From positions 33,146 through 97,145 of the forward strand of contig JASBUN010000051.1 in NCBI GenBank assembly GCA_030147845.1: a stretch of 64,000 nucleotides of DNA. The letters are read 5' to 3'. A program made the translations under genes and the position numbers. This DNA is from Gammaproteobacteria bacterium (lineage in GTDB: Bacteria; Pseudomonadota; Gammaproteobacteria; JASBUN01). Of this stretch, positions 1 through 9,757 are shown piece by piece. The notes under the pieces are model-generated. The model made no database searches. It was not told the DNA's origin and saw nothing but the letters and a program-made list of their open reading frames with translations. The first letter of the stretch is position 1. Each line of letters opens with the position of its first letter.

Positions 1-378
1 CTCAGGGGTGCACAACGCTCGGAGTGTTTCGCCCACAGGAAGGTCGATCGACCGTGGGGTAGCTACGATGCCATCGATCGCGGCGAACGGTTTCAAGTCA
101 AGCGCATCGTCGTCAATCCGGGCGCAGCGCTGTCTTTGCAGATGCATCATCACCGCGCCGAGCATTGGATCGTGGTGCAAGGCACGGCGCGCGTGGTGCG
201 CGGCGACGAGACGCTGTTGTTGACCGAGAATCAATCAACCTATATTCCACTTGGCGTCAAACATCGGTTGGAAAATCCGGGCCGCGTACCCTTGGAGTTA
301 ATCGAAGTGCAGTCGGGTTCCTATCTCGGCGAGGATGACATCGTACGCTTCGATGATACCTACGGGCGCCACCGATAA
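1..378 (+). CDS. C-terminal cupin domain of a bifunctional mannose-6-phosphate isomerase / GDP-mannose pyrophosphorylase (ManC/AlgA/XanB-like). The 5' end lies outside the window.
   Basis: Frame 1 is open from nt 1 to the TAA at 376-378. The translation ...[35 protein letters not shown]...[14 protein letters not shown] matches the conserved type II PMI cupin motif. The ORF track only shows fragments (8..223, 136..378). Confidence 0.7.
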   Translation, partial: LRGAQRSECFAHRKVDRPWGSYDAIDRGERFQVKRIVVNPGAALSLQMHHHRAEHWIVVQGTARVVRGDETLLLTENQSTYIPLGVKHRLENPGRVPLELIEVQSGSYLGEDDIVRFDDTYGRHR

Positions 379-1021
379 CGCTCGGACATAACAACAAGAC
401 GTTTGAGATTGCGCGTGGCGCGCGCGCGGAGTGGCCGACTCGGCCCGATAGGGCGGGCGTGCCGCCGGTCTGGGTTATACGTGTTCGAGTCAGAATGTGC
501 GGTCGCTATGGCCGGCTTACACTTTGTCTATATCGCGTGATCATGTTATTAGTCGTGCCCCGGTTGTGATGTCATTTGCTGCGCGCACCTGTATGCGCAG
601 CCGCGGCCACCGTCGATGTCGTTGCCTGACGACAAAAATCCTAGCATTCTGTGATCATCGTTGCGCTCGTCCTGCGCGGCTATGTGCTGCGCCAAACCAG
701 GTCACATGCGTTGAACCGACGCGCCCGTCCAGCTCATGTGATGTTTGCGCCTGCAACGGTTGAGGCGCCGGCCACCGGGTCGATCGCTCCTCGGCCTGCG
801 CGCGTCGATCTATCCTCAAGGGACGCTGATACTGACCGCTATTACTACCAGGGACGCTTACGTTGGGCGACGCACGTTCGTCGAAGCAACGACGAGTTGT
901 ATGCGGGTGTGGCAAAAACATGGGCCGTGAGCGATTCGACACTGGTCAATTGATAGTCCCGCCAATCGGCCGAATTGCCGCTGCCGGATTCCGGTTTTGC
1001 GAATGATTTTGGAGTGCAGCG

Positions 1022-1564
1022 ATGAATGTAAGGTGGGTAGTTGCTCTATTTTTCTTGGGGTTCGCGCAAGTGAGTTGGAGCGCCGGTTCCGAAACTACGG
1101 TACCGATGGCGAAGCAAGGCGCGGCCACCTTCTATGTGGGTGGAAACGTAGCCGGCTTGGGCGCGACCCACTTCATGGTCGATACCGGCTCAGGTTACAC
1201 GGTCATCAATAAAAAGGTGTTGGAAGAAATTGTTGCAGGCGGCCATGCAACCTATTTGCGTAAGCTGCAAGGCATAATGGCGGACGGTTCGAGCCTCGTA
1301 GTTTCGGTTTACCGCGTCGATGAGATCAATATCGGTGGTAATTGCGTCATACGCGATGTCGAAGTGGCCGTGTTACCGCGCGCGCGTCATCCGATATTGG
1401 GTTTAAGCGCGCTGCAAAAGGTCGCGCCATTTGTGTTTTCCGTTGATCCACCGAATCTCCATCTGAGTAATTGCCAGGCTGTCCGCAGCGCGAGTAAAAA
1501 CCCGAGCGCCTCGACCACCATTGCGCGCGCCGAAGATTCCGATTCGGCACGCGTCGAACCTTAG
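1022..1564 (+). CDS. Secreted retropepsin-like (clan AA) aspartic protease.
   Basis: ATG at 1022 preceded by GGAGTG. N-terminal signal peptide. The active-site motif FMVDTGSG (D-T/S-G) is present. Size and composition are typical of the bacterial retropepsin-like family. Confidence 0.7.
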   Translation: MNVRWVVALFFLGFAQVSWSAGSETTVPMAKQGAATFYVGGNVAGLGATHFMVDTGSGYTVINKKVLEEIVAGGHATYLRKLQGIMADGSSLVVSVYRVDEINIGGNCVIRDVEVAVLPRARHPILGLSALQKVAPFVFSVDPPNLHLSNCQAVRSASKNPSASTTIARAEDSDSARVEP

Positions 1565-1745
1565 CGCTGAATCGGAAGCCGCTCTCCCGTCGTTCCATAA
1601 CGACACGAAGATTATCTATTAAATCCGGAACGTACGGAATCTGCCGGTATTCGCGTAGCCATCGGACAACGCTTTCTCCGGCGTGTTAACCGGCGCTATG
1701 CGATAACCTCCTGATCGTAACCAATTAAATAAATTATCCGGTGAT

Positions 1746-1761
1746 TGGCACGACGGTTGCA
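1746..1761 (+). promoter_or_regulatory. Sigma-54 (RpoN) -24/-12 promoter, TGGCAC-N5-TTGCA, upstream of the EF-hand protein gene.
   Basis: tggcacgacggttgca at 1746-1761 matches the sigma-54 consensus TGGCAC-N5-TTGCA. An AT-rich stretch ccaattaaataaattatcc lies just upstream and could be an IHF site. The predicted transcription start is ~1771, giving a ~80-nt 5'UTR before the ATG at 1853. A sigma-54 activator (GlrR-like) is encoded 2 kb downstream. Confidence 0.5.
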
Positions 1762-1852
1762 CTATCTTTTAGTGTCCAGGCCTTATGCATCTGCCGGGCT
1801 TGTTAAGGGTAGTTCAACGCTTTTAGACATATGGATATCACAGGAGAATATT

Positions 1853-2215
1853 ATGAAAACCAAACTGGCAATCGCAGCCTTCGCTTCCATCGTTTCTGTA
1901 GCGGCTTGGGCAAGCGGTCCGACCGGCTCGACCAGCGGCGCCGCCGAAAGCGGATCCAGCGCATCGAGCGCGAGCGAAAATGCTCAGTTCCAGAAATTGG
2001 ATAAAAATCACGACGGCTATATCAGCAAGAGCGAGGCCAAGGCCAATCGAAATCTTTACAAGGAATGGAAAGAGGCTGATCGCAATCGTGACGGCAAACT
2101 GGACCAATCCGAATTCGCGCAATTCGAGATGGGTGGTGGTGCGAAGGGTAGCACCTCCGACCATATGGGTAACGGCATGAAGGGCAATACGCCGGATCAC
2201 GACCGTACCCGATAG
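1853..2215 (+). CDS. Periplasmic EF-hand calcium-binding protein (two EF-hand loops).
   Basis: ATG at 1853 with AGGAG at 1842-1846. Signal peptide MKTKLAIAAFASIVSVAAWA. Two canonical EF-hand loops, DKNHDGYISKSE and DRNRDGKLDQSE. Confidence 0.75.
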   Translation: MKTKLAIAAFASIVSVAAWASGPTGSTSGAAESGSSASSASENAQFQKLDKNHDGYISKSEAKANRNLYKEWKEADRNRDGKLDQSEFAQFEMGGGAKGSTSDHMGNGMKGNTPDHDRTR

Positions 2216-2253
2216 CACTCCTCCTGCCGACGCTATGTCGGCACCCCCGTTGC

Positions 2254-2291
2254 CCCCTCTGCGTATATGCGTCGAGGGGGCTGTTTTTTTG
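2254..2291 (+). terminator. Rho-independent terminator after the EF-hand gene.
   Basis: Stem ccccctc(2254-2260) / gaggggg(2274-2280) followed by ctgttttttt. An additional small hairpin gccgac..gtcggc lies at 2226-2242. Confidence 0.6.
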
Positions 2292-2513
2292 TGAATAACG
2301 GTTTCTGCCGGCTGCCTGTGCGATGCTCATGCGATGAAATTTGGCCGAGCCGCCTATTGTCGATGACCGGCAAGGCGAAGCAATGCGCCTCACAGGTTGA
2401 AATCATACTCGTATCCGCTAGCCAAGTGATGTGCGGCAGGTTGCCGCGGTGGCAGGCGCTGGTTGGGGAATATCGCGACGGCCGCAAGTTCGACGGCCGC
2501 CGCGATGTTTTCC

Positions 2514-3773
2514 TTAGAACTGCACTCGCACGGTGCCGGAAATCATGTTGTAGTCGTAACTGGCGGTGTTTACGTTAGAATCGCGGATACCGCGTTCATA
2601 AGCGACTTCGAGGCGTGTATTACGCCACGGCATGTAACCGGCGCTCACTGTCGCGGCGCGCACATGATCACGCCGGAGGCTCGTGCCCGCAACCGACAAC
2701 CCGGGGTCGCCGAGGAATTTCCAACGCTCGTCGGTCAAGTTGAGTTGCAGTACGGTACGATAAGTTACCGCCCATGAAGCACCGGCGCTGACGCCGTCGG
2801 TCAATATATAGTTGGCGGCGACATAGGTGTAGGAACGTATTTCGCGGTAGCCGGACAAATGAAAGATAGTGCTCGCCAGCGGCGTCCATTTGTATTCTAA
2901 GTTATAGGTGCCGCCGCCGAAGTCACGCGCCGACACGTCATTGTGGACGCGACGGGTATAGCCTGCACGCCCTTCCACCAAGGACGCGGCCGTGACCGCC
3001 CAATGCACGGTACCGCTGACTTCATATTCGCGATAGCGGTTGTCGATCAATAGGCTGCGTACGACTTCCCGATTGGGGTAACTACCGTCGCTGACCTTCG
3101 CTTCGATACCCGCGGTATTATCCGCCGGTGTCACATACAGCAAGTCGGCGGTCCCAGTCGCGACACGATTGTCCAAAGTCGAACGTGAATCGGCGCTGTG
3201 AGTGTAGTGGTAGTAGTCGACCGCCCCTTGAACCTTCCAACGCGGATGGATCATACGCGCCGCGCTGGCGAAGGCGTGGTTCTCATCGATCAAGTCTTGT
3301 ACGCGGTCTTGCAGAGTGGCAAAACTGGATAGGTAGCGCCGATTTTGGTAGCCGACTTTGCCATTCCAGAGATTGCCTGCTTGCCAGTTCCAGGTTAGCG
3401 TGGCGTCGTGGCCGACGTAGTCGAGAAAGCCGAAACGCTGGAATTTGTGTTGAATGGCAGTGACATCGACGATCACATGTTGGCGACTGATCGGGATGTC
3501 GCCGCGCACGCGGGCGCCGGCACTGTATATGGTATCGGATCGTTCGGACGTACCCAGCACTGAGCGCGTGTCGGTGCTATCCGACAGGCGGAACAGATTG
3601 CTGTCATGAGTCACGTCGCCGATCGCATAAATATGCCACAAGTGGCCGTCCGGCGGCTCGGCCGGATAGGCCGGGAAACTGCCGTCGGCCGGCCATCGCA
3701 ATGGCTCGGCGGCGTGGGCTGAAAATGCAAGCGGTGCAAAAGCCGCTAGCAGGGGAAGTAGCATTTTGCGCAT
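2514..3773 (-). CDS. Outer-membrane beta-barrel protein of unassigned family.
   Basis: Signal peptide MRKMLLPLLAAFAPLAFSAHA. Alternating amphipathic beta-strand pattern throughout. C-terminal ...TVRVQF with terminal Phe, as in outer-membrane barrels. About 419 aa. Confidence 0.6.
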   Translation of the reverse strand: MRKMLLPLLAAFAPLAFSAHAAEPLRWPADGSFPAYPAEPPDGHLWHIYAIGDVTHDSNLFRLSDSTDTRSVLGTSERSDTIYSAGARVRGDIPISRQHVIVDVTAIQHKFQRFGFLDYVGHDATLTWNWQAGNLWNGKVGYQNRRYLSSFATLQDRVQDLIDENHAFASAARMIHPRWKVQGAVDYYHYTHSADSRSTLDNRVATGTADLLYVTPADNTAGIEAKVSDGSYPNREVVRSLLIDNRYREYEVSGTVHWAVTAASLVEGRAGYTRRVHNDVSARDFGGGTYNLEYKWTPLASTIFHLSGYREIRSYTYVAANYILTDGVSAGASWAVTYRTVLQLNLTDERWKFLGDPGLSVAGTSLRRDHVRAATVSAGYMPWRNTRLEVAYERGIRDSNVNTASYDYNMISGTVRVQF

Positions 3774-4069
3774 GTGATGTTCCTTCTTTTTCTGTTAATT
3801 GAATCGGCCACACGCAGCTCACTGAAGCGCGCCGATTTTGCCGACGCTGCGTTGCCATTTACACACTAAAAAAAGGCGTTTGCGGAGCGCAATTACCTCA
3901 ACATAAAAATATAGTCTCATTCATTCAAAATATTAGAGCCTATCGCATGGTCATAGCTGGAGGTGTCTGGCGCCCGCCGCGCGCTGAGATTGCGCGCGGC
4001 GCGAAATCGCGCGTCACGCGGGGGACGTCCTGTGCGCCATGCGCCTTTACATTGTCTTCCAGCGTTGTC

Positions 4070-5437
4070 TTAAGTGCCGCTGTTACCCCGGAATAGTTCT
4101 GGATCGAGATGGTGGCGGTTGAGTAATTTATAAAATTCCGTCCGATTCCGCTGCGCCAAGCGCGCCGCTTGGGTGACATTGCCTTCCGTCATTTGCAGTA
4201 GACGCACCAGGTAGTCGCGCTCAAACCGATCGCGGGCCTCCGCGAACGACAGCAGATCGCCAGGCTTGTCGCGCAACGCCTTTTGCACTTGGGCTGCGGG
4301 AATTAACGAGCCGGTGGCGAGAATGAAGGTTTGTTCGACGACATTCAGCAACTGCCGGACATTTCCCGGCCACGGGGCGGCGACCAATTGTTCCATCGCT
4401 TCGGGAGCAAAAGCTTTTTGGCTTTGCTTATTGCGTGCCGCCAGTTCACGTAAGAAATGCGCTGCCAATAGCGGTATATCTTCCCGCCGCTCGCGCAACG
4501 GCGGGAGTTCAAGCAATACCACATTGAGGCGATAGTATAGATCTTCGCGAAATGCGCCTTCGGTAATGGCGTGCTCGAGATCGCGGTGAGTGGCGGAGAT
4601 TACGCGCACGTTTACCGCTTCTGTATGCGTCGCGCCTACCGGGCGGACCTCCTTTTCCTGCAGCGAACGTAGCAGCTTGGCTTGAAACGCCAGCGGCATG
4701 TCGCCTATTTCGTCAAGAAACAATGTGCCGCCGTCAGCAGCGACGAAAAGCCCTTTATGGTTGCCGGTTGCGCCGGTGAATGAGCCTTTGACGTGGCCAA
4801 ACAACTCCGACTCGAGCAGTTGCTCGGGAATGGCGCTACAATTCACCGCGATGAAAGGCTCGTCGCTGCGTTGACTGGCGCGATGTATGGCTCTCGCCAA
4901 CAGTTCTTTGCCGGTGCCGCTCTCGCTTTGGATCAATATGCTGGTGTCGCTTTCCGCTACCCGGCGGGCGCGGCCGAGAAGCTCTTCCATTGCCGCACTT
5001 CGGCTTACGATGCCTTGGCGCCACTCCGTGCCATCCCCGGTATTGCCATTGTTCGCTCCCGACGCGTGAATCTGCAGGGCGCGCTGAATGCTGTTGAGCA
5101 GTTCCTTGCTATCGAATGGTTTGGTCAGATAGCCGAACACACCGCGCTGAGTGGCCGCTACGGCATCAGGTATGGTGCCATGTGCGGTAAGGATGATTAC
5201 CGGGATCATCGGATTGCGCTCGTGGATCGCTTCGAACAGCGCGAGGCCGTCCATGCCGTCCATGCGCAGGTCGCTGACCACCACGTCCGGTTGTAAACCC
5301 GCGAACTTACCGAGTGCGGCTTCGCCGCTCGATGCGGTGCTGACTTGATAGCCGGCCGCCGTCAATCGCATAGACAACAGTCGTAACAGGCCGGCATCGT
5401 CATCCACCAATAGGATATTCTCTTTTGTTTCGCTCAT
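4070..5437 (-). CDS. glrR: Sigma-54-dependent two-component response regulator, GlrR/QseF-like.
   Basis: REC domain with LLVDDD...D. AAA+ sigma-54 activator core with the GAFTGA-type loop (GSFTGA) and ESELFGH. C-terminal HTH ...GNVTQAARLAQRNRTEFYKLLNRHHL is close to E. coli GlrR. ATG confirmed at 5437. Confidence 0.85.
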   Translation of the reverse strand: MSETKENILLVDDDAGLLRLLSMRLTAAGYQVSTASSGEAALGKFAGLQPDVVVSDLRMDGMDGLALFEAIHERNPMIPVIILTAHGTIPDAVAATQRGVFGYLTKPFDSKELLNSIQRALQIHASGANNGNTGDGTEWRQGIVSRSAAMEELLGRARRVAESDTSILIQSESGTGKELLARAIHRASQRSDEPFIAVNCSAIPEQLLESELFGHVKGSFTGATGNHKGLFVAADGGTLFLDEIGDMPLAFQAKLLRSLQEKEVRPVGATHTEAVNVRVISATHRDLEHAITEGAFREDLYYRLNVVLLELPPLRERREDIPLLAAHFLRELAARNKQSQKAFAPEAMEQLVAAPWPGNVRQLLNVVEQTFILATGSLIPAAQVQKALRDKPGDLLSFAEARDRFERDYLVRLLQMTEGNVTQAARLAQRNRTEFYKLLNRHHLDPELFRGNSGT

Positions 5438-5449
5438 AAGTCTATACCG

Positions 5450-6109
5450 CTAATGCTTGAGGTCACGTCGATCCAGTTGTTCTTCGATCGCCTTTAGCTC
5501 ATTGAGTTTGTGCTGAAGCAGCGCGCGCTGAGCGCGTTCACCGTCCAGCGCTTTTTCGCATGCGCCGCGCGCCCAGCTTCTGTCGTTTAAATTCCAGAGC
5601 AAAAAACGCGCATAAGTTTGCAGAGAATCGCCAAGCTTGTTGTCGGATTGAAGCAAGCCCGTCAATAGGGTGCGTGCCCGTGATTCGTCGCGAAATGGAG
5701 CATTGGGCACGCTTAACAGTATGGCCAAATGCAGTTGGTCGAGTGGTGAGCCGCTGTCTTGCGACAGGCGATCCACCGATGGCTGCATCGATTTCAGGGC
5801 TTCTGCCGACTGGCTCCACAACCATGCGGAATACCGTACCAAGCTGGGTAGGTCATGCCGCACCGCCGGCGCCTTGATCGCCGCCGGGGCAGTCCTTGGT
5901 GCCGCCGCGGCGCCGGAAGTAGCCGTCGGCGTCTTTGTTTGCGGCGGTGGCTCGGACGGCCGCGGCTGTACGACCTCACAGGCACTGAGCGCGGCCAAGG
6001 TTACGCCTATCAATAACCGAACCAGCAGCCTATGACGCTGTATCCGTTTGTTCGTTATCTGCGGGAAGCGAAACCTGCAGCATCGCACCTTGGTCGCGGG
6101 CAAAGACAC
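5450..6109 (-). CDS. QseG/GlrP (YfhG)-like lipoprotein between the kinase and regulator genes.
   Basis: Lipobox LAALSAC. Pro/Ala-rich linker, then a helical and coiled-coil C-terminus, as in QseG. Position between glrK and glrR matches E. coli glrK-yfhG-glrR. The start is uncertain: GTG at 6109 has GGGGAG 6 nt upstream, while the ORF track starts at 6160. The gene overlaps the kinase 3' end. Confidence 0.55.
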   Translation of the reverse strand: MSLPATKVRCCRFRFPQITNKRIQRHRLLVRLLIGVTLAALSACEVVQPRPSEPPPQTKTPTATSGAAAAPRTAPAAIKAPAVRHDLPSLVRYSAWLWSQSAEALKSMQPSVDRLSQDSGSPLDQLHLAILLSVPNAPFRDESRARTLLTGLLQSDNKLGDSLQTYARFLLWNLNDRSWARGACEKALDGERAQRALLQHKLNELKAIEEQLDRRDLKH

Positions 6110-7484
6110 GAATGTCTCCCCGGTGCGATCTGACGTATTCACGTGCGATTGAGAGTCCAAGTCCTGTTCCTTTCACGTGACCCCGCGCCTTGACGCGGCC
6201 TTGGAAGAAGGCCTCGAATACACGATCCCGGTCCTCGGGCGGGATGCCGGGACCTTCGTCCTGAACTTCCAGAATCACCATGTCGCCTTCGCGCCGCAAA
6301 CGCACCCATAGTTGTCCACTAAGAGGCGAAAATTTTACCGCGTTGGAGACGAGGTTATCCGTGACCGTACGTAATTTCTCCCGATCGCCGAGCACGGAGT
6401 TAGGTTCGATTTCTGTAATCAGTTGCAGCCGCTTGCTGCGCATGCCCAACTTGTGGTCGGCCAAAACGCTGCGGATGATCACTTCCATTTGCACCGAGCG
6501 CCGGCGCTCGATGCGTGGGCTCGTTGACTGCGTGACATTGAAGTTTAGCAGATCCTCGATGAGACTCTGCAGCTGCAGGCTATTGGTGCGCAGTAATCCG
6601 ACCACTTCCGCCTGCTCTTCATTTAGGGGTCCGACCAAGCGTTCGTTGAGTAGCTCAGCGCCTTCACGGATGGTGGTCAAGGGTGTTTTGAGTTCATGCG
6701 ATAAATGCCGCAAGAACATAATTTTTTGGTTTTCCAGTTCGAGCAGGCGGGTCCGCATCCAGTCCAGGCGCCTACCCAACTCTTCCAGGTCGCGTGGACC
6801 CTCGACGACTACCGGAGTGGTGAATTCGCCCGAGCCCAGTCGCCGAATCGATTGGTCGATTTGCCGCACCGGACGCGCGATCAAATAGATAAACAGTGCG
6901 CTGAGCGCAAGCGCCGCCGGAACCAGCGCCAGTGTTTGCCACGCCATCAACTGCTGCGCTTGGTTGGCGGCTTGCTGTAAGGTTTCGACGCCCGTGGTAA
7001 CCAGCTCGCCGCTTTCGCGCTGGATCATATGCGCATCCTCCGCCAGGGCGGAGAACTGTTTCATGGTATCGTCAAGCTGCGGATCGGTCGGTTTGGCGGC
7101 CTTGGTGATGCTGTTGTAAATGCGCTGCTCGCCGGCCACCAAGCGTGTCAAGCGTGCGCGTTGGTCGGCGCTAAGCTTCAGGCTCTGTAGCTGTTGAACG
7201 GTGCGTAGAAGTTCCTGGCGGCGGCTAACGTATACCTTAAACAGACTCGCGTCGCCTAGTACGTGATACTGGCGCGCATTGCGTTCCATGGCGGTTAGCT
7301 CTTCGCCCAGCATCTGACTGGCGCGCACGTTACGGGCTGCGTCGTAGACCGTGCGTTGACCCTGCTGAGTGACTCTATCGACATAAAATGCGGCCGTGAT
7401 CAGGGCCACGATAAGCGGCAACGTCGCTAGCGCAAAGCCAAGCAGGATCAGTCGGAGGATGGAGCGGGGCCGGTAGCGCTTCAT
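6030..7484 (-). CDS. glrK: Sensor histidine kinase GlrK/QseE-like.
   Basis: Two transmembrane segments flank a periplasmic domain. HAMP domain. H-box HELKTPLTTI. HATPase with N/G boxes. Probable start is the ATG at 7484 (MKRYRPRSILRLILL...). The track ORF extends to 7700. Confidence 0.8.
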   Translation of the reverse strand: MKRYRPRSILRLILLGFALATLPLIVALITAAFYVDRVTQQGQRTVYDAARNVRASQMLGEELTAMERNARQYHVLGDASLFKVYVSRRQELLRTVQQLQSLKLSADQRARLTRLVAGEQRIYNSITKAAKPTDPQLDDTMKQFSALAEDAHMIQRESGELVTTGVETLQQAANQAQQLMAWQTLALVPAALALSALFIYLIARPVRQIDQSIRRLGSGEFTTPVVVEGPRDLEELGRRLDWMRTRLLELENQKIMFLRHLSHELKTPLTTIREGAELLNERLVGPLNEEQAEVVGLLRTNSLQLQSLIEDLLNFNVTQSTSPRIERRRSVQMEVIIRSVLADHKLGMRSKRLQLITEIEPNSVLGDREKLRTVTDNLVSNAVKFSPLSGQLWVRLRREGDMVILEVQDEGPGIPPEDRDRVFEAFFQGRVKARGHVKGTGLGLSIAREYVRSHRGDIRVFARDQGAMLQVSLPADNEQTDTAS

Positions 7485-7761
7485 ATCGAATAGTGCAATT
7501 CGCGGCCGCCAATGTAATTTAGCGGCGCTTCGACTTACCCATGTTTCATTGGCCGAACGAGTGTGCATGTTAGCATACGCTACGCTGCCATCCGCGGCTG
7601 CCGTCTTGTTGCGGTTGAACCTCTCCGATTCGGCCCACCAGCCTATGCGCATGAAAGCCTGTCGGAGGGGGCAGCGAGTTGGCGTCGCAGTATCGGGCAT
7701 CGGTCATGATTCCGCCCTGCATACCCGCCGAAAGGCGGGCGGCAGGGCTGGCGCCGGTCGG

Positions 7762-7968
7762 TTAGCTGCCCGAGCCATTGTGCGGCTGGCCGGCTGGTGG
7801 TGGCGTGGTGCTGCCACCGGGCGCCATGGGTGCACCACCAGGTGCGGCCGGCGGCGCCTGTTCCTGGGTCGCGCCGCTGCCGTTGGTCGATGGCGCCGGA
7901 TGGTCGTTACAGGCGGTAAGACCGGCGGCAGCCAGGGCGATGGTGAGCGCTATCAGTGGTGTTTTCAT
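7762..7968 (-). CDS. Small Pro/Gly-rich lipoprotein (68 aa).
   Basis: ATG at 7968 with GGAG 8 nt upstream. Sequence MKTPLIALTIALAAAGLTAC contains a lipobox and is followed by a low-complexity P/G/A-rich tail. Confidence 0.55.
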   Translation of the reverse strand: MKTPLIALTIALAAAGLTACNDHPAPSTNGSGATQEQAPPAAPGGAPMAPGGSTTPPPAGQPHNGSGS

Positions 7969-8353
7969 AACGATTTCTCCTCGGTCGGCGTTACTGCTGT
8001 GGCGTGTGGTGAGTGGCTGTTTACTCCCAGCCGGTGAGCGATGAGCAGTGCGTTGCTCGTCCATGTCCTTTCGCTGATTCCCGGCTCCTACGGCCCTTAA
8101 CAAAACGGTTACTCGGGCGCTGTTGGATTGAATATGCTCGCTCCTGCGTTCCTGGTTGTTACCGTGCAGGCTTTGTGCCATAAAATAAAAAGGTATATAT
8201 TTCAGTGGATTAAGCTAGATCGACGGGAAAGGCATTACCCCCGGGCCGAACAAACGTAGCCGATGTTGTCGCTGTCAGGTGACTACGGTCATGGGCGCGT
8301 GGCCTAATCCCATGAATTTGCGTGGCTTTAAATGTGTCGCTGTTGTGCGACGC

Positions 8354-9334
8354 TTATTTGCGCACGGTGTTGTGCGCCAGGCAAGAACGATCTCGGCCCA
8401 GCCGTTTGGCGCGATAGAGGGCCGAGTCGGCGCGTGCGATCAGCGTGTCCGCGGTTTCATCGGCACACCATTCGGCTACGCCGATGGACGCGGTAACGCC
8501 GGGCAGCGGTTCGCCGTGGCGGCCATTGATGCTTTGCTGCCTGATCGCGGTCAAAACACGCTCGGCCACCTGGGTGGCTTCGATTAGGGTTGCGTCAGGC
8601 AGCAGTACAGCGATTTCCTCGCCGCCGTAACGCGCGGCGTGGTCGCCTGGACGCATATGCGCGCGCACTGTTTGCGAGAATGTGCTCAACGCCAAGTCAC
8701 CGGCCAGATGGCCATGGGTATCGTTGTATTGCTTGAAATAGTCGATGTCGATCATCAATAGCGACAAGTGTGCCTCACGGTGCTGACAATGTTGAATCAA
8801 CACGCGTAAGGATTGATCGAACCAGTGCCGGTTGTAGAGACCGGTTAGCGCGTCGACCCATGCTTGTGTCTCCAGTTCATCGCGTTCAACCAGACTGCGA
8901 CCGAGTAGCAAGTTGTCCTTGCGCAGACGTCGGCAGACCATGCGCAGCAGGTTTAGCGTCACGCAACGCGAATGCGACAACACCGTACGTAGCGTCGCGC
9001 CATCGACCAGCAGCAGGCGGCTGCGCACCACGGTAGTGACGTAGGCGGACGGCGGCAGTGCTTCAATGACGGACATCTCGCCGACGCAGTGACCACGCCC
9101 TAGGCGCGCGATAACGCGTTCGCCTTTAGCGTCGAGTTGCACTTGCACTTCGCCGTCTAATACGACATACATTTGGTCTTCGAAACGTTCCGGCGCGAGC
9201 AGTAGTTGGCCGGCTGGGAACTCTTCGATGCGGCAAAGAGGTGGTAACCAGGACAGTTCAGGGGGGGCTTCGCCCTGAAACAGCGGCAATTCAATCAATT
9301 CTTCAGCGGTGATACTGGCATCGACTTTGGTCAT
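8354..9334 (-). CDS. Cyclic-nucleotide-binding (cNMP) domain fused to a GGDEF diguanylate cyclase; the signature reads GGEEI.
   Basis: N-terminal cNMP-binding fold (FQGEAPPELSWL...GEMSVIE). C-terminal GGDEF domain (LTGLYNRHWFD...RYGGEEIAVLL). Start at ATG 9334; the track ORF starts at 9382. Confidence 0.8.
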   Translation of the reverse strand: MTKVDASITAEELIELPLFQGEAPPELSWLPPLCRIEEFPAGQLLLAPERFEDQMYVVLDGEVQVQLDAKGERVIARLGRGHCVGEMSVIEALPPSAYVTTVVRSRLLLVDGATLRTVLSHSRCVTLNLLRMVCRRLRKDNLLLGRSLVERDELETQAWVDALTGLYNRHWFDQSLRVLIQHCQHREAHLSLLMIDIDYFKQYNDTHGHLAGDLALSTFSQTVRAHMRPGDHAARYGGEEIAVLLPDATLIEATQVAERVLTAIRQQSINGRHGEPLPGVTASIGVAEWCADETADTLIARADSALYRAKRLGRDRSCLAHNTVRK

Positions 9335-9757
9335 TGTAAGTATTCGCTTGGCCTGCCGTATCGGCACACAGGCACGAAGCAAAGACCGTACCAGCGCTTA
9401 TGTGAAGCGATGCTGAAATGACGCAAGTGTTGATGCGATGGTTATTTTTTTACGGAAATTAGGCCGATTGAGGCAGCAAATCAGCAGTACGTGAGACGCT
9501 GCTATGTGGATTTCGTGTCGCGTGATGACGACGCTGGAGGGAATACGCGGTAAACATGGATGCCGGACCTATCCACCATCAAGCGGCCCTCGATGCCGGC
9601 CCGAAATCGCCAAACATGATTCTTGTTGCCGCGGTAATGACGATGCCGAAAATCGGTTTGAGGCTTGTCCACGCTGTTTGATCCGGGCGTCAACCGGACA
9701 AGCGCGACCGTCGAAACCGGCGGATTGCCGGTTTACGTGCACTATTTCAACTGCTTT

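Noticed and set aside
497-953. ORFs 497..763 (+), 651..953 (+) and 655..942 (-) in the manC-protease intergenic region.
   Set aside because: Mutually overlapping and Arg/Cys-rich, with no ribosome-binding site. The region is better described by the repeated TGTGAT...TTGCGC motifs reported above.
7485-7761. Searched for a glmY-like sRNA and sigma-54 promoter immediately upstream of the glrK-like gene, as in the E. coli glmY-glrK arrangement.
   Set aside because: No TGGCAC-N5-TTGC match, no GlmY-like stem-loops, and no terminator. Only a weak GNRA hairpin (cccgccgaaaggcggg) follows the upstream lipoprotein gene.
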